64,000 nt of DNA from Antechinus flavipes. Lineage: Eukaryota. The notes beneath the pieces were generated by a model. It ran no database searches, was not told the origin of the DNA, and saw only the letters and a program-made list of their open reading frames with translations. Positions 12,031 to 24,409 of the stretch are shown here, piece by piece (the stretch's first letter is position 1; the number at the start of each line of letters is the position of its first letter). Where the stretch lies: assembly GCF_016432865.1 (NCBI RefSeq), contig NC_067399.1:6572001-6636000 (forward strand), in the 5' to 3' direction. A program made the position numbers and the translations under genes.

Positions 12031-12186
12031 GAAAAGGGGGGAACGAAAGGAGGAAGCGAAAATCCTCCCCTTTGATCTGCGTCCAGAGCTGTCACTTCCT
12101 TCTTTGGAGTCGGGTGGACTCTTGTCACGTGTCCTTGGGACCGTCTGGGATCATCGATGCTGAGGAGAGCTGTGAAAGTCAGCGAT

Positions 12187-12510
12187 CCCACGGTGCTCCC
12201 GTTCCTGTGTTCGGTGCTCCCGGTCCTGTGTACGGTGCTCCCGGTCCTGTGTACGGTGCTCCCGGTCCTGGTCCTGGTCCCCGTCCTGTGTACGGTGCTC
12301 CTGGTCCTGTGTACGGTGCTCCCGTTCCTGTATACGGTGCTCCCGTTCCTGTGTACGGTGCTCCCGGTCCTGTGTACGGTGCTCCCGTTCCTGTGTACGG
12401 TGCTCCCGGTCCTGTGTACGGTGCTCCCAGTCCTGGTCCTGGTCCCCGTCCTGTGTATGGTGCTCCCGTTCCTGTATACGGTGCTCCTGGTCCTGTATAT
12501 GGTGCTCTCC
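12187..12510. repeat. 21-bp minisatellite CTGTGTACGGTGCTCCCGGTC, about 15 units
   Basis: Read directly; it produces the repetitive PGPVYGA ORFs. Confidence 0.93.
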
Positions 12511-12890
12511 GGGTCCCGCTCATTCACCGCACACGTGCGCATCTCTGCGGGCGTTTCCGAACCCTTCCTTCTCCTCCCTTCTTACCGAACAAGTTTCCTC
12601 ACCTCCATCGACCACAGTTTGTGTGACCGTTCCCGATTAATGGGCGTCCCCTCCGTGTCCCTTTTTTTGCTGCCACAAAGAGCAGTCGTAGATCTTTCTG
12701 TACCTTTTGTGGCTCGGGAGAGGGATCTAGTAGCGATAGCGCGGATTAACATTTTCTGCCCTCGGGCGCGGTCCCGCTCGCTCTGCAGGACGGCTGCATC
12801 CCTTCACAGCCCCAACAACAGGGCCCCGGTGGCCCAGCTTTCCCCGTCCCCCATCAGGGATCCCTTCCCTTCTGTTACGGGAGCCGAGCA

Positions 12891-13835
12891 GGGGGCGGGA
12901 GGGCCTGAGGGGGTGTTGGGCGGGAGGGCCTGGGGGGGGGGTGTTGGGCGGGAGGGCCTCCGGGGGTGTTGGGCGGGAGGGCCTGGGGGGGGGGTGTTGG
13001 GCGGGAGGGCCTGGGGGGGGTGTTGGGCGGGAGGGCCTCGGGGGGTGTTGGGCGGGAGGGCCTCGGGGGGTGTTGGGCGGGAGGCCTGGGGGGGGTGTTG
13101 GGCGGGAGGGCCTCCGGGGGTGTTGGGGGGGAGGGCCTCCGGGGGTGTTGGGGGGGAGGGCCTCCGGGGGTGTTGGGCGGGAGGGCCTCCGGGGGTGTTG
13201 GGCGGGAGGGCCTCGGGGGGTGTTGGGCGGGAGGGCCTCGGGGGGTGTTGGGCGGAGGGCCTCCTGGGGGTGTTGGGCGGGAGGGCCTGGGGGGGGTGTT
13301 GGGGGGGAGGGCCTCCGGGGGTGTTGGGCGGGAGGGCCTCCGGGGGTGTTGGGCGGGAGGGCCTGGGGGGGGGTGTTGGGGGGGAGGGCCTCCGGGGGTG
13401 TTGGGCGGGAGGGCCTCCGGGGGTGTTGGGGGGGAGGGCCTGGGGGGGGTGTTGGGGGGGAGGGCCTCCGGGGGTGTTGGGCGGGAGGGCCTCCGGGGGT
13501 GTTGGGCGGGAGGGCCTCCGGGGGTGTTGGGCGGAGGGCCTCCTGGGGGTGTTGGGCGGGAGGGCCTCCGGGGGGTTGGGCGGGAGGGCCTGGGGGGGGT
13601 GTTGGGGGGGGGGAGGGCCTCCGGGGGTGTTGGGCGGGAGGGCCTCCGGGGGTGTTGGGCGGGAGGGCCTCCGGGGGTGTTGGGGGGGAGGGCCTCCGGG
13701 GGTGTTGGGCGGGAGGGCCTCCGGGGGTGTTGGGCGGGAGGGCCTCCGGGGGTGTTGGGGGGGAGGGCCTCCGGGGGTGTTGGGCGGGAGGGCCTCCGGG
13801 GGGTGTTGGGCGGGAGGGCCTCCGGGGGGTGTTGG
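12891..13835. repeat. 25-bp G-rich minisatellite GGGGGTGTTGGGCGGGAGGGCCTCC, about 37 units
   Basis: Period of 25 seen at 13141/13166/13191. Confidence 0.96.
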
Positions 13836-15196
13836 CCAGCACGTCTGTCTCCAGTTTCGGGCGTTTTCGTAGGGTCTCAGGGAGCTTCGATTTCTTCCGG
13901 CGAGAAGGGCCCGGTCCCATCCTTGTCCTTTTGTCAGCCGGTGATTCTTGCTCTGAATCGGACTCCGCGCCGCGCGCTTCAGAGACGAGACCTTCGGCGG
14001 CGGCAGCCCCTGTGACTCCCGCTTCCTGCTCCCCCCCTCCCCCGGCTGCACTGGCTTTGTTTGTGCGTTTTGTGTCACCCAAAGGACCCCTTTTACATCT
14101 TGTACCTTGCGTGGCTCCCGTTTGCTCAGAAACCCTTTGTTTCCCGGGGAGCCCGCGGCCCGACCCTTTCTGTCCGAGCCCGTGCCCGCCGGGACTCCCT
14201 CCGGGTCCGTGGGCTGAGAGGCTGCTCCCCCCCAGTCTCTCCCCCGCTCCTTCCAGGGTTCCAGGAGTCTCTGTCCCAAAGGGAGCCTCCCCGGGATCCG
14301 CCCTCGGGTCTGTCAGACGCCCGGCTTCCGAGCCGTTGGTGCCGGTTCCGCTTCTCAGCCAGCCCCGGTTAACTTGGCCGATGGCTGCTTTGTAACAGAG
14401 TGACATAATTAAGGTGATACTAGAGACCGGCTGTTGCTGGGTCACTTTGCGTTTCTTCACTTAATTCATTCAAAACACTTGTGGGAAAGGGGGCGCAGCT
14501 TTCCACAGCCCGTCAGTGGGGGGCCCAGGACCCCCGCCTGAGGGCACCGAGGGACCCCCGGAACTCTCTAGCGATGGCGCAGGTAGGAGGATCCGCGTTC
14601 GAGTCCTGCCCTTCCGCTCTGTGTGCCTCAGTTTCTTCTTCTGCACCAATGAGGGGTCTCAGGGTCCAGGGTCTCCTCCCATCCCCTGCCCCCACCACAC
14701 GCCATGCTTCTGGCCCTTTCTGGCCATCAGTATAGCGCCCGTTCTCGGGGTGGGGGACCCGACGTCGGCCTATAGCGCCCCGTTCTCGGGGGGCAGATGA
14801 TTCCCTTCTGCCTCGGGACAGAGAAGGACTGCTCTCCTTACTCTCCTTGCTCTCCTTGCTCTCCTTGCTGGGCAGACTTTGCAGATGAGAAGCCTGGGCT
14901 CATTAGGAAGTGCGAGTTTTCCCTGGCACCGAGCCGGGCACTGTGCCCGCCTGTACGTGGTTAATCAGTCTTGGACCCGAGAACAGATGGCGCCCACTTT
15001 GCATTTTGCGTCCGTCTCCAGAGAGAAGCATGATGGGCGCTCCGGGGGTCAGAGGGGAAGCGCAGCCGCCCTTTTCTTCACTGTGAGACTGGAGGGGATG
15101 GGGACGGGCGGCCGGTGGCTGCTACAGACACTCTGAGCAAAAACTCTGTTGTGCAGCATTGGAGGAGGCCGCCCCCCTGAAATGGTTCTAGGCCCC

Positions 15197-18100
15197 CACC
15201 CTGAGAACGGGGGTGTTATAGGCCCATGTCCTGTGCTCCCCCTGAGAATGGGGGTGTTATAGGCCCATGTCCTGTGCTCCCCCTGAGAATGGGGGTGTTA
15301 TAGACCCATGTCCTGTGCTCCCCCTGAGAACGGGGGTGTTATAGACCCATGTCCTGTGCTCCCCCTGAGAACGGGGGTGTTATAGGCCCATGTCCTGTGC
15401 TCCCCCTGAGAACGGGGGTGTTATAGGCCCATGTCCTGTGCTCCCCCTGAGAATGGGGGTGTTATAGACCCATGTCCTGTGCTCCCCCTGAGAATGGGAG
15501 TGTTATAGGCCCATGTCCTGTGCTCCCCCTGAGAATGGGGGTGTTATAGACTGTGCCCTGTGCTTCCCCTGAGAATGGGAGTGTTATAGGCCCATGTCCT
15601 GTGCTCCCCCTGAGAATGGGGGTGTTATAGACCCATGTCCTGTGCTCCCCCTGAGAACGGGGGTGTTATAGGCCCATGTCCTGTGCTCCCCCTGAGAATG
15701 GGAGTGTTATAGGCCCATGTCCTGTGCTGCCCCTGAGAATGGGGGTGTTATAGACCCATGTCCTGTGCTCCCCCTGAGAATGGGAGTGTTATAGGCCCAT
15801 GTCCTGTGCTCCCCCTGAGAATGGGGGTGTTATAGGCCCATGTCCTGTGCTCCCCCTGAGAATGGGGGTGTTATAGACCCATGTCCTGTGCTCCCCCTGA
15901 GAACGGGGGTGTTATAGGCCCATGTCCTGTGCTCCCCCTGAGAATGGGGGTGTTATAGACTATAGACCCATGTCCTGTGCTCCCCCTGAGAACGGGGGTG
16001 TTATAGGCCCATGTCCTGTGCTCCCCCTGAGAACGGGGGTGTTATAGGCCCATGTCCTGTGCTCCCCCTGAGAACGGGGGTGTTATAGGCCCATGTCCTG
16101 TGCTCCCCCTGAGAATGGGAGTGTTATAGGCCCATGTCCTGTGCTCCCCCTGAGAATGGGAGTGTTATAGGCCCATGTCCTGTGCTCCCCCTAAGAATGG
16201 GGGTGTATAGACCCATGTCCTGTGCTCCCCCTGAGAATGGGAGTGTTATAGACCCATGTCCTGTGCTCCCCCTGAGAATGGGAGTGTTATAGGCCCATGT
16301 CCTGTGCTCCCCCTAAGAATGGGGGTGTTATAGACTGTGCCCTGTGCTTCCCCTGAGAATGGGAGTGTTATAGGCCCATGTCCTGTGCTCCCCCTGAGAA
16401 TGGGAGTGTTATAGGCCCATGTCCTGTGCTCCCCCTGAGAATGGGGGTGTTATAGACCCATGTCCTGTGCTCCCCCTGAGAATGGGAGTGTTATAGGCCC
16501 ATGTCCTGTGCTCCCCCTAAGAATGGGGGTGTTATAGACTGTGCCCTGTGCTTCCCCTGAGAATGGGAGTGTTATAGGCCCATGTCCTGTGCTCCCCCTG
16601 AGAATGGGAGTGTTATAGGCCCATGTCCTGTGCTCCCCCTGAGAATGGGGGTGTTATAGGCCCATGTCCTGTGCTCCCCCTGAGAATGGGAGTGTTATAG
16701 ACCCATGTCCTGTGCTCCCCCTGAGAATGGGGGTGTTATAGGCCCATGTCCTGTGCTCCCCCTGAGAACGGGGGTGTTATAGGCCCATGTCCTGTGCTCC
16801 CCCTGAGAATGGGGGTGTTATAGGCCCATGTCCTGTGCTCCCCCTGAGAACGGGGGTGTTATAGGCCCATGTCCTGTGCTCCCCCTGAGAATGGGGGTGT
16901 ATAGACCCATGTCCTGTGCTCCCCCTGAGAACGGGGGTGTTATAGGCCCATGTCCTGTGCTCCCCCTGAGAACGGGGGTGTTATAGGCCCATGTCCTGTG
17001 CTCCCCCTGAGAACGGGGGTGTTATAGGCCCATGTCCTGTGCTCCCCCTGAGAATGGGGGTGTTATAGGCCCATGTCCTGTGCTCCCCCTGAGAACGGGG
17101 GTGTTATAGGCCCATGTCCTGTGCTCCCCCTGAGAACGGGGGTGTTATAGGCCCATGTCCTGTGCTCCCCCTGAGAATGGGAGTGTTATAGGCCCATGTC
17201 CTGTGCTCCCCCTGAGAATGGGAGTGTTATAGGCCCATGTCCTGTGCTCCCCCTGAGAATGGGGGTGTTATAGACTGTGCCCTGTGCTTCCCCTCAGAAT
17301 GGGGGTGTTATAGACTGTGCCCTGTGCTTCCCCTCAGAATAGGGGTGTTATAGACCCATGTCCTGTGCTCCCCCTGAGAACGGGGGTGTTACAGACTGTG
17401 CCCTGTGCTTCCCCTAAGAATGGGGGTGTTATAGACCCATGTCCTGTGCTCCCCCTGAGAATGGGGGTGTTATAGGCCCATGTCCTGTGCTCCCCCTGAG
17501 AATGGGGGTGTTATAGACTGTGCCCTGTGCTCCCCCTGAGAATGGGGGTGTTATAGACTGTGCCCTGTGCTTCCCCTCAGAATAGGGGTGTTATAGACCC
17601 ATGTCCTGTGCTCCCCTAAGAATGGGGGTGTTATAGACCCATGTCCTGTGCTTCCCCTCAGAATAGGGGTGTTATAGACCCATGTCCTGTGCTCCCCCTG
17701 AGAATGGGGGTGTTATAGACTGTGCCCTGTGCTTCCCCTCAGAATAGGGGTGTTATAGACCCATGTCCTGTGCTCCCCTAAGAATGGGGGTGTTATAGAC
17801 CCATGTCCTGTGCTCCCCCTGAGAATGGGGGTGTTATAGACCCATGTCCTGTGCTTCCCCTCAGAATAGGGGTGTTATAGGCCCATGTCCTGTGCTCCCC
17901 CTGAGAATGGGAGTGTTATAGACCCATGTCCTGTGCTCCCCCTGAGAATGGGGGTGTTATAGGCCCATGTCCTGTGCTCCCCCTGAGAACGGGGGTGTTA
18001 TAGGCCCATGTCCTGTGCTCCCCCTGAGAATGGGGGTGTTATAGGCCCATGTCCTGTGCTCCCCCTGAGAATGGGGGTGTTATAGACTGTGCCCTGTGCT

Positions 18101-18727
18101 CCCCCTGAGAATGGGGGTGTTATAGACTGTGCCCTGTGCTTCCCCTCAGAATAGGGGTGTTATAGGCCCATGTCCTGTGCTCCCCCTGAGAATGGGGGTG
18201 TTATAGACTGTGCCCTGTGCTTCCCCTCAGAATAGGGGTGTTATAGACCCATGTCCTGTGCTCCCCCTGAGAATGGGGGTGTTATAGACTGTGCCCTGTG
18301 CTTCCCCTAAGAATGGGGGTGTTATAGACCCATGTCCTGTGCTCCCCCTGAGAATGGGGGTGTTATAGGCCCATGTCCTGTGCTCCCCCTGAGAATGGGG
18401 GTGTTATAGACCCATGTCCTGTGCTCCCCCTGAGAATGGGGGTGTTATAGGCCCATGTCCTGTGCTCCCCCTGAGAATGGGGGTGTTATAGACTGTGCCC
18501 TGTGCTTCCCCTGAGAATGGGGGTGTTATAGGCCCATGTCCTGTGCTCCCCCTGAGAATGGGGGTGTTATAGACTGTGCCCTGTGCTTCCCCTGAGAATG
18601 GGGGTGTTATAGGCCCATGTCCTGTGCTCCCCCTGAGAATGGGGGTGTTATAGACTGTGCCCTGTGCTTCCCCTCAGAATAGGGGTGTTATAGACCCATG
18701 TCCTGTGCTCCCCCTGAGAATGGGGGT
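15197..18727. repeat. 41-bp minisatellite CCCCCTGAGAATGGGGGTGTTATAGGCCCATGTCCTGTGCT, about 86 units (3.5 kb)
   Basis: Read directly; the ORF track has no ORF between 15136 and 18648. Confidence 0.98.
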
Positions 18728-19059
18728 TCAGTACTATGTCAGTGGGACCCCAAAGACCCCGCTCCCAACGGGCCTCAGTGCCGCCCTCTGCTTCCTTCCC
18801 CTTCAGAGCCGGGCCCGGCCCGAGGGTGTCTCTGACCCGTCCCCCTCCCCAGCTCCCCAGGGCGGCCGCTGCAGCCCACACTGGGATAGGTCGGGGCTGG
18901 CTCCCGGAGCCTCCCTCTGAAGTCGGGAAAGAAGGAAATTGCCTTAATTACTAGAGGTCACGCCCTGGGTTGGACCCTCCCCTGCTGTGTGCCAGCTGTG
19001 CCCGCCCACCTCCAAGCGGGGATTTCATCAGTGTGGGAAGCTCCCTGGGGCCTCTTCAA

Positions 19060-19510
19060 TGAGATAACATGGGTGAAATGCTCAGCACACAGTAGGTGCT
19101 GGATAAATGCTCATTCCCTCCCCTCCCATCCCCAGTGGCCTGCAGCCCCAGAATTCCCAGGCATTCTTCCCTAAATCATGTGGTATATACTTAGAGTCTG
19201 GAGGAAAGACATTTATTAAGTGCTTGCTGTGTGCCAAGCTTTGTGCTGGCACTGATGGGCCAGACAGACCCGCTCCCGAAGCTCGCCTCCTGACTGGGAG
19301 ACTCCGTCCGTCCATGAGTTCAGTCTTGGGGTCGATGGACAGGCCGAGGGGGCTCCGGCGGGACAAGGCCGGGGGTCTCACATCAGGAAGCCGGCTGGCC
19401 TGGGCCGGGGCGTCTCTTCCGGTGCCGTTTGCATGTTTCTCCCTCATTAGACTGTGAGCTCCGCTCTTGGCATACAGTAGGTATTCGATAAATGTTTGTT
19501 GACCAACTGA
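19060..19510. mobile_element. Cluster of L2/MIR 3'-end fragments
   Basis: CACAGTAGGTGCT...ATAAATG and ATTTATTAAGTGCTT.CTGTGTGCCA motifs typical of L2 tails. Confidence 0.6.
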
Positions 19511-21037
19511 AGGGCAGAGAGATAGCCCAGGTGTGTCTGTATGTATTAATCACCTCCTAAGGCCAGAGGGTAGAGGAGGGCAAATGTTAAGTCCTAGGAC
19601 CCACTTCCAGCTCACAGGAAAGAAGAGAATTGGGATGGGGATCTCATCCAGGTCTAAACAGTCCGTGAGACTATAAGCACTGATTAAGCACCTACTGTGT
19701 GCGAGGCAGCCTGAATGGGCTCTGTGCAGCCGGGGAGGGAGGGAGAGTCCGAGTAATAGCCGAGAGGGGGCAGCTTTCCTGGATGCTGGGGGTTGCCTTC
19801 GGAGCGACTTGTCTGCCGAGCCTGTCACACAGCAGGCGCTTAATAAATGATCATCGATTGATTGGTTGATGGGGAGCAGTTGCTCCGGTTTACAGGAGTG
19901 TCGATGGACCGCTCGGCTCCACGGGGGGGTTAGGATGGTCCCCGTGTAACCAAGTGAAACGCCGAAGCCCAGAGGGGCTGCCCGGCCAGCCGAGCCATCG
20001 TTCTGGAGAAGGTCCCTCCCTCCTCAGGCCCCGGAGCTCTTTCCGAGTCCCTCCCCACCCCCTCCTTGCCTTGTTTCTGAAACTCTGAGTAAAACCCGCA
20101 GAACCCGGCCCAGGAACCCGGCCCTTGCTTCTCCGCGGCGCCCGGGAGGGCCGGCGTTGTTCTGCCCGTGGTCCCGGGCTCCCTTGGGGCCTCTCCGTCC
20201 CGCGTGCCCAGGGGCGCCTCTGGCTCTCAGATCCAGGAGCTGTCAGGCCTTCGGGGCTCCGTCCCCTGGGGGCCCCTCTCAGTGCCACGTTCCAGCCCCG
20301 GGCGGGAGGGAACCCTGCGATTTACGGCCCCCCCTGCCTGGTTTGATGAGAATGGGGCCAGCCCTCACGGCCCCTGGCAGAGCCTGCAGGTTGTGGCCGG
20401 ATCAGCGCAGGCTCTGCTCGCAGCGGGGCCGTCCGGGCCAGGGCACCAAGCCCCACTGTGCCCACCGCCGTCCCCCGGGATGGGCAAGTCTCTCCCTCCC
20501 CCTCCCGTGAGCCAGCCTGTCGGCCTGAGGGTGTAGCTCAGGCTGCTCCTGCGGGTGATGTGGGGGCACCCCAGGGGAGCCGCGCCCAAGCAGAGGGAAC
20601 CCTGGGGCCGAGCAGGAGGACCCAGATCCAAATCCGCTCCGGTTCCTGCGGCCCGGGGGGGCCAGGGAGCAACCGTCCCAACGGGGGCGTCAGGGAGCAA
20701 GGGCCCCTACGGGGGTGTCAGGGAGCAGCCGTCCCAGCGGGGGGCTTTTCTGACCCATGGAGGCCATTTGGATAGCTAAAGCTATCACCTTTAGCCAGTC
20801 TCCTCTTTGTTTCACATCCGAGCTCCGAGGCCTCCATGCGGACGTCCTGGCCGTGTGCAGCATGTGGGCGTGGGCGCCCATAGTGTGCTGTGTGGTACAC
20901 GTGTGTGCGAGAGAGCGCCACTAAGCGGGCGGGCGCTGAGGGGAGACGCGGTCTGTGATCTCCAGACGTCCTCCAGCCTTGGGGGAACTGGGTCATTTGG
21001 CCAGCAGCAGCCCTGGCTGATGGGACTAATCCCCCCC

Positions 21038-21590
21038 CACCGTTCTGTGGTGTCGGGGCCCTTCGGGACTGATTTCCCCCGTCCTGCGGTGTCGGGGCCC
21101 TTCGGGACTGATTTCCCCCCGTTCTGCGGTGTCGGGGCCCTTCGGGGCCGATTTCCCCCGTCCTGCGGTGTCGGGGCCCTTCGGGGCCGATTTCCCCCCG
21201 TCCTGCGGTGTCGGGGCCCTTCGGGGCCGATTTCCCCCCGTCCTGCGGTGTCGGGGCCCTTCGGGGCCGATTTCCCCCCGTCCTGCGGTGTCGGGGCCCT
21301 TCGGGGCCGATTTCCCCCGTCCTGCGGTGTCGGGGCCCTTCGGGGCCGATTTCCCCCGTCCTGCGGTGTCGGGGCCCTTCGGGGCCGATTTCCCCCGTCC
21401 TGCGGTGTCGGGGCCCTTCGGGGCCGATTTCCCCCGTCCTGCGGTGTCGGGGCCCTTCGGGGCCGATTTCCCCCGTCCTGCGGTGTCGGGGCCCTTCGGG
21501 GCCGATTTCCCCCCGTCCTGCGGTGTCGGGGCCCTTCGGGGCCGATTTCCCCCCGTTCTGTGGTGTTGGGGCCCTTCGGGACCGATCTCC
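21038..21590. repeat. 39-40-bp minisatellite GTCCTGCGGTGTCGGGGCCCTTCGGGGCCGATTTCCCCC, 14 units
   Basis: TTCG loop counted at 14 positions from 21062 to 21575. Confidence 0.96.
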
Positions 21591-22999
21591 TCTCTCCTGG
21601 GCCCCTCCTCCCTCTGCCGTCCCCGGACCCTCCCCCGTGAAGCGCCCCCGGCTCCGACGCTCTGTTAAAGACTGAGTCAGTGTCACCGGGGAGCCGACAC
21701 CCACAGACGAAGCCTGAATAGGAAGCGACTTCTGGGAAGCCAGATGCGCTGTTGGCACAGCGGGGCCTGCGGGACGGAGGAGGGGCGGGTCCCAGAGCCC
21801 GGCCGGGGACGGAAGCTCGGTTCTCTCGAGAACCCGGTGCGGGCGCCCAGAGTGGGAGAGTCGGCCCAGCCCGCAGCGGGCACTCTTGTGCCCGCGGGAC
21901 AGGGCAGCTCCCAGCTGGGGGCCGATGGCGGACACTGGGAACACTTTGGGTGGAGGGCACAGCCCGGGACTTGTGGAGAATTCTGTCTGCCAAGCCCTCC
22001 CTTCCTGTGGGCCCTGAATGCAGACCTCAGAGTGGGCGTGTGAGGGGGGCCCTGAGCGAGTTTGCCATTTGAGAGATGTTTTTAAGGAGCCACAGAAAGC
22101 TTGGACTGGGTGCCCAGCTGTGCCCCGAGGCGCCTGGGGAGAAGGCCTTGGCCGGGCAGGGGGCCCTTCTGGTGCTGCTGGCTTGGGCACCCGGGGCTCC
22201 TTCGGCGGGGACCGAGGGCTCCGGCCTGTGTGACCCCGTTCACAGACAGGGCCCAGAAAGGCAGCCGTGGGCGGCCCGGTCTGCGGGTGGGCGTCCCGTC
22301 CGGGGCAAACGGCTGGCGGCAAGGTCTCTCTCCATGCAGGGGCTCGGACGCTCTCCTTTCCCCCTCTCCCATCGTGCACCTGTCTCGTGGGCATCTCCGC
22401 TGGGGGAAGGAGCAGCAGGCGTTGGAAGCTTGGAACTGGCAATGACGAGGGTGGGAATCTCTGTGGAAACCCCCGGGAGGTCAGCCTGCAGGGGCGGGCG
22501 TGTCCCCCGGAGCCACAGGGTAGCCTCGGGTCAGAGGCCTGGGCAAGTCCTTTCCTTCCCGTGGGCCTCAGTTTCCCCCTCTGTAAAGTCAGGCGATCGG
22601 AGCTGACAATCCTCTCAGATTAAATCTCGCGCCCCAAGGTTCCCCGGGCTGAGCTCAGCAGCCTCCGTCTCAGACTTTGGAGGAGGATCATGGGAGGGCA
22701 GCTCCAGGGGAGGGAGCAGGCCGCCTCCCGCAGGGGCTGGCGGAGGGATGCAGGCCGTCCCATGGAGCACCAGGGAGGGGGCGGGCGGCTGGGCCTGGTG
22801 ACCTGGGTCCGGAGAGACGGGAAAGGCTCAGTGGTCAGCGCCAGCGTCCAACGTCCTGAGTGAGGAGGGTTTGCATGGTCAGGACGCGCCCTTATTGCCT
22901 GTAAGGCCATGGGGCGTTAGAGTGTCGGCCTCAAGGCAAGGAGAGACTTGGAACCAGATGTCCCAGAGCCCGCTGGGTGGCCCGTGGTCAGAATGCTAG

Positions 23000-23196
23000 G
23001 CCTGCAGTCAGGAAGACCTGAATTCAAATCCAGCCTCAGACACTTAATACTTGCACAACCCCAGGGAAGCCACTTCATCCTGCTTGCCTCAGTTTCCCCG
23101 ACAGTAAAAGTGGGGATAATAATAGCACCTCCTTCCCTGACTTACTGTGCTTAGCACAGTGCCCAGCACACAGCAGGTGCTTAATAAATGCTTGTT
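23000..23196 (+). mobile_element. CORE-SINE (MIR/MAR1-like) with L2-type tail
   Basis: GAGTTCAAATCC-like B box (GAATTCAAATCCAGCCTCAGACACTT), GCCTCAGTTTCCCC core, and GCACAGTGCCCAGCACACAGCAGGTGCTTAATAAATG tail. Confidence 0.75.
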
Positions 23197-23947
23197 CCCC
23201 TCTCTGCCCCCCCACACACTCTCCTGCCATGAGACTCTGGGAAAGCCAGTTCCCCAGCACCAGCGAGAAGCCTCTTGCTCCCTGTGGCAAATGGAGGCAA
23301 CAAGACTTCTCTGAAGTTATCTCGCAAACACTTGTGTTTTTGTGAGCTTTTACTGACGCTGGTGAAACTCTCACAGCCACAAAAAGGAGCTGAGGGGCAT
23401 GCAGTGCTCCACGCCTGCGGGTCACCACATCCCTCAGCAAACACTAAGCGGACTCTTGGAGAGACTCAGCGATTCACCGGAAGTCTCCACGGAGCAAAGG
23501 GCAGAGCCGCACTTGAACCCAGGCCCTCCGATCTGGGGCAAGGCCCTTTCCGACACCACACTGCCTCATGGAAGGCCGGCCCGATTACCTTGGAGGGCCT
23601 GGGGTCGTGGCCGGAGCCTTAAACCTGCTAGAAAATGCCCGTCTTAGCCTCCCTTGCTTTCTGGACATGGAATGTTCCTGGGAGAATTACGGGCTTTAAA
23701 AGTCTGTTTCTGGAACCCTCACGGGCTTCTTGAAAGCACTGAGCTCTCTCCCCAGGGCAGGCAAGCTGGCTCATTGTCTTCCAGGCAAGAACCAGTGCCC
23801 GATTCCACCTCCAATCTCCCCAAGATCCACGTGCTGACTAAATCTGTGATTCTGGAAATGTTCATTTTTTTCCAATTAACAAAAAGCCACCCCCTCTTCC
23901 TCTCACCTCCTACCTTCCCCATTCAAAAAGAAAGAACAAGAATTCTT

Positions 23948-24391
23948 TTTTTTTAATACCTTTTTATTGCCAGAACCCATGCCAGGGTAATTTTTTACAA
24001 CATTATCCCTTGCATTCACTTCTGTTCCGATTTTTCCCCTCCCTCCCTTCACCCCCTCCCCCAGACGGCAAGCCGTCCTTTACATGTTAAATAGGTTACA
24101 GTATATCCTAGATACAATATATGTTTGCAGAACCGAACAGTTCTCTTGTTGCACAGGGAGAATTGGATTCAGAAGGTAGAAATAACCCGGGAAGAAAAAC
24201 AAAAATGCAAGCAGTTTATATTCATCTCCCAGTGTTCTTTCTTTGGATGCAGCTCTTCTGTCCATTCTTGATCAATTGAAACTGAGTTAGCTCTCTTTAT
24301 CGAAGAGATCCACTTCCATCAGAATACATCCTCAAACAGTATCGTTGTTGAGGTATATAATGATCTCCTAGTTCTGCTCATTTCACTCAGC
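23948..24391 (-). mobile_element. 5'-truncated, relatively young dasyurid-type L1 (3' end, about 440 bp) with target-site duplication
   Basis: Poly-T at the left end. The TSD AAAGAACAAGAATTCTT (23931-23947) matches AAGGAATAAGAATTCTT (24392-24408) at 15/17. The body resembles a remembered dasyurid L1 3'UTR. Confidence 0.85.
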
Positions 24392-24409
24392 AAGGAATAA
24401 GAATTCTTA

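Noticed and set aside
12072-14460. Long ORFs (up to 577 aa) with YGAP, Gly-rich or Pro-rich repeats resembling cuticle or extensin proteins
   Set aside because: They are open in several frames on both strands only because the stop-free minisatellites repeat, and they lack exon signals.
15197-18727. CRISPR-like array (palindromic repeat units); also considered for 35240-35625
   Set aside because: There are no unique spacers and no cas genes; the units are contiguous homologous copies inside a vertebrate intron.
20718-22442. 574-aa and overlapping ORFs
   Set aside because: They arise from the 39-mer array plus GC-rich flanks with few stops, and show no domain resemblance.
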